Assembly (NCBI RefSeq): GCF_964188315.1
Contig: NC_135657.1
Coordinates: forward strand, 105,896,001-105,960,000
Length of the DNA stretch: 64,000 nucleotides
Source: Podarcis muralis
Taxonomy: Eukaryota
Direction: 5' to 3'
Shown in pieces: positions 23,660-36,079 of the stretch (positions within the stretch are counted from its first letter, which is position 1; each line of letters starts with the position of its first letter). A program made the position numbers and the translations under genes. The notes beneath the pieces were generated by a model. It made no database searches. It was not told where the DNA came from and saw only the letters and a program-made list of their open reading frames with translations.

Positions 23660-23781
23660 CAGGGATGGGGAACCCCTAGATGCTAGTGGTTTGCAGCTCC
23701 CATATTCCCAGACCATTGGCCAGGCTGGCTGGTGCTGATGAAGTCTAGCAACTTTGGAGGACCACCGGTTCCCCATCCCTG
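23660..23781. mobile_element. Palindromic hAT-type MITE
   Basis: TIR CAGGGATGGGGAACC / GGTTCCCCATCCCTG; flanks CCATACAC and CCCTGCAC match at 6/8. Related decayed copies at ~34608-34743, ~42775-42903 and ~59795-59880. Confidence 0.75.
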
Positions 23782-23922
23782 CCCTGCACCCTTCTTGATT
23801 ATAATTATGTTTTGTAATGTCTGTCTCAGGACCAAGTGACGCTTTGGCCTTTTCTGTATAGAAGATTTAGTACGTAAAAAATAAAAGGCAAAACTTTATA
23901 TCCTAAAAATTCTGTCTTCTAG

Positions 23923-23991
23923 GCAATTGAAAAGCTACAGGCTGGGGCTCTTGTAACAGATGCAGTGACTGCAGCGCTAGTTGAACTAGAG
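23923..23991 (+). CDS. TASP1: TASP1 coding exon (AIEKLQAGALVTDAVTAALVELE)
   Basis: Acceptor tctgtcttctag and donor GAG|gtact; 69 nt in frame. Confidence 0.97.
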
Positions 23992-26900
23992 GTACTTCTC
24001 TTTATTCAGGCATTCACTCTTTTGGTTGCAGTTTGTTGACCACGTTTTTCTGTTCAGCTGCCCTATATTAAATGCATTAACTTTGCAACCAATGCTATAA
24101 GTCTTTCATATGTAAAAGGGCAGTTTTAATATAATTATGATTTCCCTCCTCATTTTTCTGTCTGCTTCTGCTTTTTATTGCTGCAGGTGTCATTCCTTTT
24201 GTGGAAAAGAAGGTGGCTGAGCTTATCACTCTGGGTGCATTTCAGCTTTTTGTTGTTTTCTCTTTGGCAGTTAGGGTTTGCTTCCTTAATGTCTGCTTTA
24301 ATCGTTGTGGAGAGCCACTAGTAATTCCTAATGTGCTTTCAATAAAGACATGCATCTGTTTTCATAAGATGAGGGACAGTGCCATAACAAAACACCACAT
24401 TAATTCCCTAGGTAAGACCTGGAACAACTAATCTTGCTACCCTAAAGATGTGGTATGATTTAAACAAACATGTTTTTTAGTTAAATTTAAAAAGTGCAGT
24501 AGAATATCACTTGGTATTTCTGAGGAACTTAAAAAGCATGAATAACTAAACGGACAGCAGTACTGGAATTACAGTTGTCCCATAGGTCAGGTTATTGTGT
24601 TTGAAAGTGAAAATGTTCTGAGTCCCTGCGGTTGTGCAGGGTAATTACATAGAATTAGCTCCTAATTGAATGATTTCTGATATCAGTTCTTAGCCACTCA
24701 GCTCTGGTTTTTTAGGAGGTATAGGTACTTCACTGTCTCTTAACTATGATTTGAAATATTAAGCTTTAAACCTTTAACTATTATTATGAATATGCCATCA
24801 AATGGTTGGCATGTGCATGGAAATTGATACTGCAGATGAGATGGGTTATTTCTGAATAGATGGGTGAATGCCAGAGAGAGCTTTCCTTTCCGAGCCAGCT
24901 TTGTCTGCTTTCTTTTCCTTGGTCTCTGCTTCTTCCCTCTCTCTGTCCCTTGGTGGTTCTGCTTCACCTTACCTGCTGTTTTCTATATGCTCTTCCTTCC
25001 CTTTGGTCTTATTCAGTGGTAGTCCATACCTGTGACCATGTTGGCAATGGTGGGAAGCAATCTTAAGTCTTCTCCCAAATATATTTGTAGGCCTAGCAAT
25101 AAGCATTACTACGAGAATGGCTTTGCCACAACTTCCCCATAGAATCCACTTTCTTTAACTTGGTTACCTTTCCTCCCTTGCATGTCTTTCTCTGCCTTTT
25201 AAATCTTAATTGGATGCTGAAGTATATCAGTTGGAATATGCATGGTGCCCCACCTTGCCCCTTAGTCCAGCTGTGGGGAACCTTTGGCTCTCCCAGATGT
25301 TGCTGGGGGGGAAACATATTTGGAAAGATCTGGCTTGAGTTCTTTCAATTCTTGATAGTTCGTCTTTATTTCTCTGTTCCAAGGGGATCTTGGAAACTGT
25401 GAATAAACAAGGGTTTACAACTGGTAGGAGGAAAACATATGAGCTCTAAATGGAGTTGAGTTGGGAAGGAACTTTCCCTCAATAGCAGATCAGGGCCTTT
25501 ATCAATGTTGCTACCAGTACCTGTAATATTGATAGGAAAGTCTCTGAATGTAGTGGAATGCATAAGGAGCTCCTGACTGAGGTTACCTTTTTTTATTTTT
25601 ACACCCTTTTTTTACAGAGACTTCTACAGAGTAGACTACAAATCATCTGATTTTGTTTGAATGTGAGAAAGAGGGGGAAAGATGATGTGCCTTTTCAGGC
25701 AGTTGTCTCCTCCCATCTGCTCCCCACTCAGTTCTGCTGAGTTTACATATTGTCGATTACACAGGATTCTGGCCAGTCCAAGAGGCATCACTTCAAAGAC
25801 TTGTCAAGGAGCAGGAGTTTCTATTGATCTTTTATGAGCTAGTAGACAGTTTGCTTGTGGTATGCTGGCTGTTTTTTGCTCACTTTCTGTGCAGAAAGAA
25901 TGCAAGCTCCTTGTGCCAGACGATGTGACTTCACAGAAATGCAGCCAGCTACTCTGTGAATTGGACATAGCAGTTTGCATGTTGAGAAGATAATCTGCTG
26001 TGATTTAGTTGTCAGTGACCGCTGTATTTCCTAATATTAAGATGGCCGATGTTGTTTGCAGGTGCTTGCCAGATGAGGACATAATTAAGTATTTTTACAT
26101 TCCTTCAGTGCGAGCAGAAAGTGTGAAGATTATTTGTAAATATAGCACCAGAGTTCCAGATATTTGGGTAAACGGAGGACTGGAACATGCTTTCTTTCCT
26201 AAGGAGGTTCCTTAAGGATGCACACCCTCCGCAGCACACATACACACTCATTCTCTGATTATTATTTTTCTAGATTGTTCCCCAGGAAAGTCCTCAGTAC
26301 TGGACAGTAAGTAAGGGCTTAATTCTAGTTAAGATGAAATGGAAGTATTAGCTATTAGACCTATGTCAGGTGTGGGGAAGGTCCATGGGCCAGTTGTGGC
26401 CTGCTTTGAGAAGCACCTTACTCCCCGCAGAGAACAGGCACGTAGCCAGTACAGGATTAAGCTCTGTCCTCCTGCCTGGCTGACATCACCAGACACATCA
26501 GCTGATGCACGGGTGAGTGTGGTTTGCGGGAAATGGCCTTGCAGGCTACAACTGGCCCATGGACCTTCCCGCATTACTACATCAAGCAGGACTACCACTG
26601 TTGGACACTGAGCACCCTTATTGCTTGGTGGATCTGGCAGGGTCCTGCATTACTCCATCAAGGAAGACCACCATCAGCTTACATCAACAAGCAGGGTGGT
26701 ACCCTCTTGCAGAGGTTGCTTTTGTATGAACTGAGTTATCTTCCAAATAACTTACAATCTTCCACAGTCCAGTTAACTGATGTTTTTAACCCATGTGAAT
26801 TTACAAAGGTGTTTTTTTGTGTGTTTTTTTTGTAAGGGAAGATATCTGAAAATTGTTTTACATCAATGCCATAATTTATTCAAAGGCTTAATTCAAACAA

Positions 26901-27385
26901 TACAGAGATATTTCTGGGACAGAGAATATATCCCTTACCAGAGACACTCCTCCAGTTCAATCCAGTATACCATTAATCATGGCATATTGTAACCCACTGA
27001 GTCTTTGAATTGTCATTATGAGTTTGTTTCCAGCACTGTGATCAAGGCTTCCATACTGATTTTCATAAAAAGAATATCTTTGTTTTTTTGGAACATCTGA
27101 GGAAATGTGCTAATTTAAGAAGTTGCCTCGTTGCATTGGCCACAGACCTTTGATCTGATCTGCTTATTTTGCTTGTTAATTAGTTGCCGGTTATTTGTGT
27201 AACTTTAATTTATTGAACCATTTCAGTGTTTCTTCACAGATGTAAAATACCACCTGCAGTTTGGTTTTGAGGAATGTTTCACTTCTAGCAAGAGCAGAGA
27301 GATAAATAGAAATTGTAATTTGGGTTGTGCAGAACAGAAATGGGAAGAGAACAGAACTTCATATGGTGCTGTAATTTACTGATGT

Positions 27386-27908
27386 TGTGGGATAGCTCAG
27401 TCAGTAGAGCAAGAGGCTCTTAATCTCAGGATTGTGAGTTTGAGCCCCATGTTGGGCAAAAAGATTATTGCATTGCAGGGGGTTAGGGACACAGGTGGCG
27501 CTGTGGGTTAAACCACAGAGCCTAGGACTTGCCGATCAGAAGGTCAGCGGTTCGAATCCCTGTGACGGGGTGAGCTCCCGTTGCTCGGTCCCAGCTCCTG
27601 CCAACCTAGCAGTTCGAAAGCACGTCAAAGTGCAAGTAGATAAATGGGTACCGCTCCGGCGGGAAGGTAAACGGCGTTTCCGTGTGCTGCTCTGGTTCAC
27701 CAGAAGCGGCTTAGTCATGCTGGCCACATGACCCGGAAGCTGTCTACAGACAAACGCCGGCTCCCTCGGCCCATAGAGCGAGATGAGCGCCGCAACCCCA
27801 GAGTCAGTCACGACTGGACCTAATGGTCAGGGGTCCCTTTACCTTTACCTTTATTGCAGGGGGTTGGACTAGATGGCCCTTGTGGTCCCTTCCAACTCTA
27901 CAATCCTG
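27386..27908 (+). mobile_element. tRNA-Lys-like SINE with CR1-type tail, split by a Sauria SINE
   Basis: Head gggatagctcagtcagtagagc...ctcttaatctc (27389-27457). After the insertion it resumes as gggggttggactagatggcccttgtggtcccttccaactcta. Confidence 0.75.
27486..27852 (+). mobile_element. Sauria SINE (nested)
   Basis: Full-length, (ACCTTT)n tail, 13-bp TSD ATTGCAGGGGGTT at 27472-27484 and 27853-27865. Confidence 0.93.
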
Positions 27909-30625
27909 TGATGTTCCCAGGGCCTGTCTCCAGGTCAGTCCCTCAGCTGCTCTGCTGAGTCCAGACTTTCCTTAAAGTACTGTCTGCCATCATGTACTGA
28001 CAGCAGTAGGTCTCTCTCTTTATATTCTTCCTCTAGTACATCTACGCAAGACACATGGAGTGAGATACATTCACCTTGGAATCCAGCCAGACCAGATCAT
28101 AGACAGTTAAAACATAAGTATATATTTGCTTATGGAAAATCATACCTAAAGCAAGTAGTCATTGTACACAGAATTCTTATATTTTCAGTATCTTAGCATA
28201 AGTCTTCTCCACAACATCTATGCTTTTATGCATGTGCTTTCATTATCTCTGTCATCGCATTCCTCTTGTCTGTTTTGCTCGCAGAAACTCTCTCCTTTTA
28301 GTTGTCATTTCCTTCCATTGACACTCGACAACTTTTGAAGATTAATGCTGCAGGTCTTAATGGCCATTGCCTATTGACACTTTTAGGAAATAGGTATTCA
28401 TACTGTCACATGTTCTCCAAACTGGGGAGACCAATTACGTAACCACATTTAAAAAAGTTAGTATTTATATATACTTCCAAAACAAATACAGTTTATTGAT
28501 CTCTGCCCCCCTTTGGCTTCTTTTCATAGAATTGTAAGTAGCCAGTTGAGTGCTTGAGAAAGAGCTGACAATAAGTAAATGCGAGAAATGAGAGAGTGCT
28601 TGCTTATAGTGATAGAGTCTCTGTATTGTACCACAAAGTGCGTCTGGCTCCTAGTTCAGCCACACTATTAGGTGTTTGGGAATGTAGTAGGTTGTATTCT
28701 AGAGCCTTTTATAGCTTTGTCTTTCCTGAAGGAGGCTGAAGTGCTCAGTGGACACTGCTAGCTAGCTGTTACTGTGATTACAATAGGTTTGTACACAGTC
28801 TCATAAATGCAACAGTAAGGATTTGTTTTTGCAGAAGCTCTCTCTCTGTATGCATGTATGTAAATATATCTAAAACCAACAACTTCATATGTCCCAGAGG
28901 CCTGAGATTTTGTTTTTGACAGTTCATAGAGAGATAGATAACTGTAATTATTTAATGATTGGTCTTTAGGCAGTGTATGTAATATTAGCCCTGTGTATGA
29001 GAAAGCAGGTGTTAATCAAACTATATCCATGGCCACTAAAACGACGTTTAGCACATAGTAGCCCAGTTTCCATATCATGGTAAACCTAGTTAATGGCTGT
29101 GTGAGTGTGGAGATTGCTGCTGCTACTGCTTCGCTCCTTCTGTAGTGCATGTGGGAGCATCGATGATCTGTGGCTTAGTGTTCTGTCTGCACCAGGGATT
29201 GTGGTTTTGTTTTGCTCCAAACAAACCACAACATGAAGGCAGGAACAAGCCTTGCCTACTCTTTGTAGTTTGTTTGAAGCAAACCAAACCAATATCTCCA
29301 GTTCAGACAGAACACTAAGCTAGGGATTGTTGATGGTTACTTCCAGTTGCACAAGGGAAGGGAAGCCCCATGTCCCCAATTAGCTATGTCTTACCATGAT
29401 ACGTACACGCAAAGAAAAGCTGTGCTGGAATCTCAGAATTCAGAAACTTCTTGAGGTGTTACAGCACTGAGCCCAGTTATGAAACTGCCGATATATTTGC
29501 AAATAAATATTGGATAGAAAATATTGAAGAAATGTAAGTGATAGTACATGTGACGAGGGAAATTTATTTTGACACTATATGATTAGAATTATCAACTGCA
29601 GTTGTTATGGAAATAAGTCAGTGATGACATAATTCTCATTCTCGGTGTGATAAACTATGCCTTAAGCTCTGAAGACTTGGTTGACAAATGCTTTGGCTGA
29701 TGTTTTTAATCTTTATTCTCTCATTGTGATGGATTGATCTTGCTTATTCACCAGAACAAACCCATGATCATTCTGTTTGGGAGGATTGTGTGTGTTTTGA
29801 ATGCTGCTTAGGGAATGCAAAGTTGTTGTGTGGTTTTTTTTAAGAAATGAAATCAATTGTGTCCTTAAATGTTACTCCCTAATTTGGAGGCTGGGATGGA
29901 AGGAGGAGAAATGACAGTGCAGCTTGGGCAGATTAATGGCCTCATCTTAAAAATGGCATTGCTTTCAAGGCTTTGTTTGGTCTTTTATGGAACTGAATGT
30001 TTGTAGCTGGAATAATTAACATCCTCTGACTGTTCTGTGTTATATGGTTTATTTTCTAGTAAAAGGCATACCAGTAAGTTTGTTGCAATAAGGTTCCACT
30101 GAAATATGTGTGAAAAGATAGGCATGGCTAAGAGAAGTCCAACTGATTTCAGTAGGGACAGAGTTCGACTAACTTGCTCTGGATCTAACCCAAAGTACTT
30201 TAATCATAGCTGTGGATTATCTGATTCCTGCTGGCCTACGTAAGGGTTATGATGACAAATACTCTTTATTTCCACACTTCAAAGATGTTACTTGCTTTGT
30301 AGTTTTGGGGAAATGAGAATTTCTTCCATATGAGTAGTTTGACAGACTTGTTTCTTAAGCCACACCGCCTTTATGAGATGTGTAAATGTGATAATAAAAT
30401 GGCTAGTTAAGAAAGAAAATAATAGCGTGGCAAATTTACAGAGTTGGGAGAAACCACTTTATCCTTTATTTTAGGGGTATTAAGTGCATAACTTTATCAT
30501 CCAGCTTGCAAGTCCCCAAATGTTTCACACAGCCCTGCATTCAGCTGTGTACCTTACTGACCCTTATTCAAATTCTTCTAGGCAATTCATATCTGGTGGC
30601 CATATCTCTTCACCATGATGCAAAA

Positions 30626-30982
30626 GGGACGCGGGTGGCACTGTGGGTTAAACCACAGAGCCTAGGACTTGCTGATCAGAAGGTCGGCGGTTCAAATACC
30701 CCTGACGGGGTGAGCTCCCGTTGCTCGGTCCCTGCTCCTGCCAACCTAGTAGTTTGAAAGCACGTCAAAATGCAAGTAGATAAATAGGTACCACTCCGGC
30801 GGGAAGGTAAACGGCATTTCCGTGTGCTGCTCTGGTTTACCAGAAGCGGCTTAGTCATGCTGGCCACATGACGCAGAAGCTGTATGCTGGCTCCCTTGGC
30901 CAATAAAGCGAGATGAGCGCCGCAACCCCAGAGTCGTTCACAACTGGACCTAATGTTCAGGGGTCCCTTTACCTTTACCTTT
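30626..30982 (+). mobile_element. Sauria SINE
   Basis: Full-length match to the 27486 copy, with ACCTTT tail. No TSD recognised. Confidence 0.92.
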
Positions 30983-32040
30983 CCTCCTCCTACTGAAAGA
31001 GTAGTGGCTGAGAAGCCCCCACTACAAATGCAACACTTAGGATCCTGGACAATATGCACAGATTTGGCTAATTTCTGGCTACATCCTTGGTTTTCTGGTT
31101 GCACAACTATATATAGACAGTTTACTTTGGAGCCTCTTTTCTAACATGCTTCACATGTCATGCAGCTTTGAGCACATATTTGCACGGTGTGTGAGGTTCC
31201 CTATTACTTTCCATGCATATATGTAAAGCTTAAGTTTATTCATAAAAGTCTAAATGAAACTGCCTGAACAATTCTTGCTTATTCTTGCTATACTGAGAAG
31301 CAATTGTCTTTTTCTTCATTTTTAACTGGAACAATCAAATTCTTTTTATCTGTGGTAAACTGTACACTGGCAACTCCCCGTTTGCACGGAGGTTGCGTTC
31401 TGGGTCACAGTGCATGTTAACGGAGTTGCCTATACATGTTTATCTTTGTCTTTCTCTACAGGCACAGGTACAGACACATTTTGTTTCCCATATTTATTTA
31501 GGTTATATTTGGCATACTGTTGCCCGGAGAGAGAGACGAAATCTCTGGTGGATAATGCAGGGATGCATGTTTATGTGTTAGAACTACTTCCAGTATATTG
31601 GATGAAGTCTGACACTAAAATAATGATGCAATTTTAGCATTTGTTACCAGAGTCTCTCTCCCCCCCCCCCCCCGCCCCCAAGTTCACACTCTTTGTATGC
31701 TCTGCCAATTTTCTTGTTTGGAATCCATTGAAATTGTTTCTCTGGTCTCATAATTCAGTTGTTGCAGAAAGTGTCTCAAATACTTCCCATCCTAGCCCTT
31801 TTTAAGGTAGAAAGCACAGTTGCTTTTTTTCTCCATCTGCCATTTCTTTGCATCTTCTTCTTCACTCTGCACCCTTCATTGGCTTCTCTCATGTAAGGAA
31901 ACTTGAGTTTCAGCTGATGGGATGAACAGCATGTGCTGAGAGGCCAATTGGCCCCAGTACTCATCATTTAACTCCTTTGATAATCTGCATAATTATGGAT
32001 GGTTTGCCTTCATGCATTCTTTCTTTACATTTCTTTACAG

Positions 32041-32161
32041 GATTCACCCTTTACTAATGCAGGAATGGGGTCTAACCTAAACCTTTTGGGTGAAATAGAA
32101 TGTGATGCCAGTATCATGGATGGAAAATCACTCAATTTTGGAGCAGTTGGCGCTCTCAGTG
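32041..32161 (+). CDS. TASP1: TASP1 coding exon (DSPFTNAGMGSNLNLLGEIECDASIMDGKSLNFGAVGALS G)
   Basis: Acceptor tttctttacag and donor G|gtatgt; 121 nt. Contains the asparaginase-2 family motif NAG.GS.L......E.DASIMDG. Confidence 0.98.
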
Positions 32162-32631
32162 GTATGTTGAGCAAGCTCTAGAAGACGGAATGTTTAGATT
32201 CAAAAAGATATTTGAGTATGTAGTTGGAGCCCTAATACGCTATAAACATGGTGCATAATGTTACTTCAAATCCTATTACATGGATAGTATTGCATGTGAC
32301 GAAGAGCAAGCACCATATGTTTTTAGGCATTGTGCAAAATAATCGTTTGATGGCTATTAGCTATGTTTTGTTTTCACCCTTTCTGTGTTATTAGTTTAAG
32401 GTTTTTGCCTTCATCTATCCAGTCTCTGTTCTGTTTTTAATTTGACATCTCTGGTGTTTGGGGTGCTAAAATAAGGCTTATTTTTGAGATGTTAATTGCA
32501 AAGCCAAGGAATAAATGAACTTTCCCCCCCTGAATAACTTGTTGAGTTAATTGGTTTAAATACAAGGAAATTAAAACTATCTGGAGTACTGCATGACCAT
32601 TTCCTTAAATGTCTTTTCTTCCTGTTCCTAG

Positions 32632-32716
32632 GAATCAAAAATCCTGTTTCCGTGGCAAATAGATTGTTGTGTGAAGGGCAGAAAGGAAAGCTGTCTGCTG
32701 GCAGAATTCCACCTTG
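32632..32716 (+). CDS. TASP1: TASP1 coding exon (G IKNPVSVANRLLCEGQKGKLSAGRIPP C)
   Basis: Acceptor ttcctgttcctag and donor TG|gtaatt; 85 nt. Confidence 0.97.
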
Positions 32717-33813
32717 GTAATTACTTTGTTCTGTTTGTTTCTTATTTGGGGCAGTAATGCATACAATATTTGAAAGTTACTCTTATTAAAAGAAGGCTGA
32801 TGCTTTTTAGTGTGCATCAGTAATAGCGTGCTTTTAAGACGAGGACTGGCTTTGTTGTTGATCTTGGAACATCTTGCACGCTTATTACAGCTGTAAATAG
32901 CATAACTTTGCCTTTTATCTTTAATATTCTGTTGTAAGTCTGAACTTCTTCCTCTGTGGTTGTTTATGCAGATATTTACACTGCTAAGCTTTTATTTCTG
33001 ATGTTTCGGGTTCAAAATATTAAAAATCCAATAAATCAGACCTCAAAGCTAAACATAGCTTGTTGTTGTGAAATGTTACATTTGTGCTCTCCTTTTGCTT
33101 CCAGAGTTTTAAACTTTCAGCATATGCTCTCATTTTTGTTGAGGAGAAAATGGTTTCACATTGATTTAATTTTTGTATAGATTTGAAGGTGAACTATAAT
33201 TATTCACATTCGCTACAATTGTAATAATTTTCAAGTGTGAAAGAATAAGGAAGTTTATTATAATTTTTTAATAATAATAATAGCCTAACTATGGTCTGAA
33301 TATCCTGTTCAAGCTGATTAGCTTACATGCTATATTATACACCTATAAATGTAAAAATAGGTGAAAAATCTTGCCAGAGAAATCAGGTTGAAATAAGTTT
33401 TTCAACAGTCTATATAGAATGTTGACAAGGAGAAGATCTTTTCAGCTTAGCAGACAGGACATGATAGAGTATAGAGCCTAAAGTGCTTAAAGCCCCTGAC
33501 CCTTAGGGGTAAAACAATGTCATATCCCAATGCTATTTTCAACAGGGATCATGTTCAGTCATACTTCTCTTCACAGAGGGCTAGAAATAGTTGGGTTTTT
33601 CTCTCTTGAAGAGGCAACAACCAAGTGGCAAAATGATGCAGGGGGTATTATGAAATGGTTTTTACTTTTTCTCAGAATACAAAAATCTGGGCTTTTCCAG
33701 GGTAATTGGTATGTGGCAGGTTTTAAGATAAACAGGATACATTTTTGTGTGCTGTGTTAATAACCAATGATTAACCAAGTTGCAATAGTAGCTGGCCTAA
33801 ATAATTGGCTACC

Positions 33814-34221
33814 TGTCAGGGAACTGCCATCGGAAGGACAGGAGGTGGAAAGGCTCACTGAGGTTGAGAGAGACGTAGCAGCTGAAGAGGGAACCAGTAG
33901 GGGGAGAGAAGGAACTCCAAGGGAAAGTGAGTCGGAGGGATGGCTCAGAGACACTTCCAGCGAAAACAGTGGGGAGGTCTCAAGACCTCCTATAGGGACA
34001 CCCACTCCTCGCCGGAAACTGTCACGCCGAGAGTCCAGAAGACGTGTTTCCGTTAAGGAGCTTTTATGTTGGAAGAGATTCCGAAAGCAACCACTTTCGG
34101 ATTCTGCTAGCGACTGACGCAGCCATGCCGGAGGGGCTCCGTCACAGGCAGAGGTTTGAGAACCTGATCAAACTCTGAGGGACTTGCATTTTACGCACAA
34201 GCAGCTCATTATCCCATCACA
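33814..34221 (+). mobile_element. Solo LTR (408 bp), probably Gypsy-type
   Basis: TGTCA...TCACA termini and perfect 5-bp TSD CTACC at 33809-33813 and 34222-34226. The clade and orientation are inferred. Confidence 0.8.
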
Positions 34222-34965
34222 CTACCTATTCGTTGTTGCTAGTCATGTGAACAAGAATCACAACACCCATCTTTGGAGCCTTGTGCAGTCAATAACAAAC
34301 AGGAGGACAACTGTTGCTGTTTCATTTTACAAAAATAAGAAGTGCAGTAACTTATAGTAGTAACTGATCTGAGTGTGTGTGTGGGTGGGTGTATGGGGAG
34401 GGTGTGGAACTTCTCATTGTTTCATTACTTAGGACTATGTTTTATGCTTGTTGTAACAACGGAAGTTCTCATAATAATTCTGTCTTCATTTCCCCCCCTG
34501 TTAATTCCTAGTTTCCACCTTGTTTTAAACGTTCCAGAAATAAAGGCTAAAGACCAGCGCCTCTTAACTTGAAGAGGTGGATTAGGCTGTAACCCAAAAC
34601 ATTAGACTAGCTTTCCCCAGCCTGGTTTTCTCCAGATGTTGTTGGACTATAACTCCCATCATTCTTGACCCCTGGCTATGCTGGCTAGGTGCTGGTGATG
34701 AGGGTTTGGCATCAGCAGGAAGACACCAGCCTGGGGAAGGCTGTATTATTAGAGAGTAAGCCTCAATGAGGTTAGAGGGGCAGAGTTCTGAGTAATCATG
34801 TATGGGGTTATTCACTTAATTTAAACCTGTAAATTGAATTACGTTTGTGAAGTTTCCTGACATGATAAACAGAAACCTTGTAATTAAGCTGCAGCTAACC
34901 TTACCTGAAGTACATCCCTAGTCAAAGTTTGTCTTCCCCACCTCTTTTGTTTTCCTCATTGCTAG

Positions 34966-35045
34966 TTTTTTAGTTGGCGAAGGAGCTTTCAGATGGGCAG
35001 TGGATCACGGGATACCTGCCTGCCCTCCAGGTGTCATGGCAACAA
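34966..35045 (+). CDS. TASP1: TASP1 coding exon (C FLVGEGAFRWAVDHGIPACPPGVMAT R)
   Basis: Acceptor tttcctcattgctag and donor A|gtgagt; 80 nt. Confidence 0.96.
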
Positions 35046-35838
35046 GTGAGTAAACTGTTCCTAGGAATTCTTCTTCTGAGAAGCTTAAGGCACACAATCA
35101 AGAAAACAATCAAAACAGTGGGATCTAGGCTGCTAAACACTTGGATACTGTTCAGATTAAAGAATCGTAGTCACACTGGATTTTTATCTGCATAACAGCC
35201 AAAATATCATCTCTGGAGCTAAGGAGGTTTTAAATAGTGTAACTGGTGGTGTAGCATTTGAAAAGCTTCAGCAGCTTCAGTATATTGTCAGTCTCACTTT
35301 CAGATACTTACTCTTAATTATTTTCATCTCTGCCTCTCCTTGGTTACGCAGTTTATAAGCTGCTGACCTAAAAGCTTTGCTAAACAAGCTTACTCTCGCT
35401 GACTCTCTAGTAATTGTGCTTTGTAATCTTTCTTTTGCCAATCATTTTACCCCCAGCCAGCTTTAGAAGGGAAGCTGCAGTACCGCTTCAGCCACTTCAG
35501 TGCATTTTTGGTACACTCCATTAAATGACTGCTAGAGGGTGCTGTATGATTGGCCAGAGTCAGATTGCTTTTCTGAGGATTAGGAACATACTCTTTTGTT
35601 GTTGCTGTGATTGCACTTAAAACTATTTCTAGGGCTTATCATGTTTCTAAATTTGTTTTGGTGATTCCAGACAATATTGTTGCTTTAATGCTGGTGGTGA
35701 AATAGACATGGTGATTGCTCATGGCCTGTGAAATTGTTGGATATCTAGTGAAGCCTATCCTGCTTAATTTCAGTTCACTGCAATTAGAATGAATCTGAAT
35801 AATGTTTCTGAGAATTTAGAGTATAATTAAACTGAATA

Positions 35839-36079
35839 CAGTAGTACCTCGGGTTACATACACTTCAGGTTACATACGCTTCAGGTTACAGACTCCACTA
35901 ACCCAGAAATATTACCTCGGGTTAAGAATTTGCTTCAGGATAAATACAGAAATCGTGCAGTGGCGGCACAGTGGCAGCAGGAGGCCCCATTAGCTAAAGT
36001 GGTGCTTCAGGTTAAGAACAATTTCAGGTTAAGAACAGACCTCCAGAATGAATTAAGTACTTAACCCGAGGTACCACTG
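35839..36079. mobile_element. Tigger-like MITE (GGTTAAGAAC family), copy 3
   Basis: TA|CAGTAGTACCTCGGGTTA ... TAACCCGAGGTACCACTG|TA. Confidence 0.9.

Noticed and set aside
24187-24234. Cryptic exon after a long pyrimidine tract in intron 4
   Set aside because: Only weak donors follow (gtggct, gtgcat) and there is no homology support.
27389-27460. tRNA-Lys(CTT) gene
   Set aside because: The acceptor and T stems are degenerate, and it runs directly into a SINE body and CR1-type tail, so it is a SINE head.
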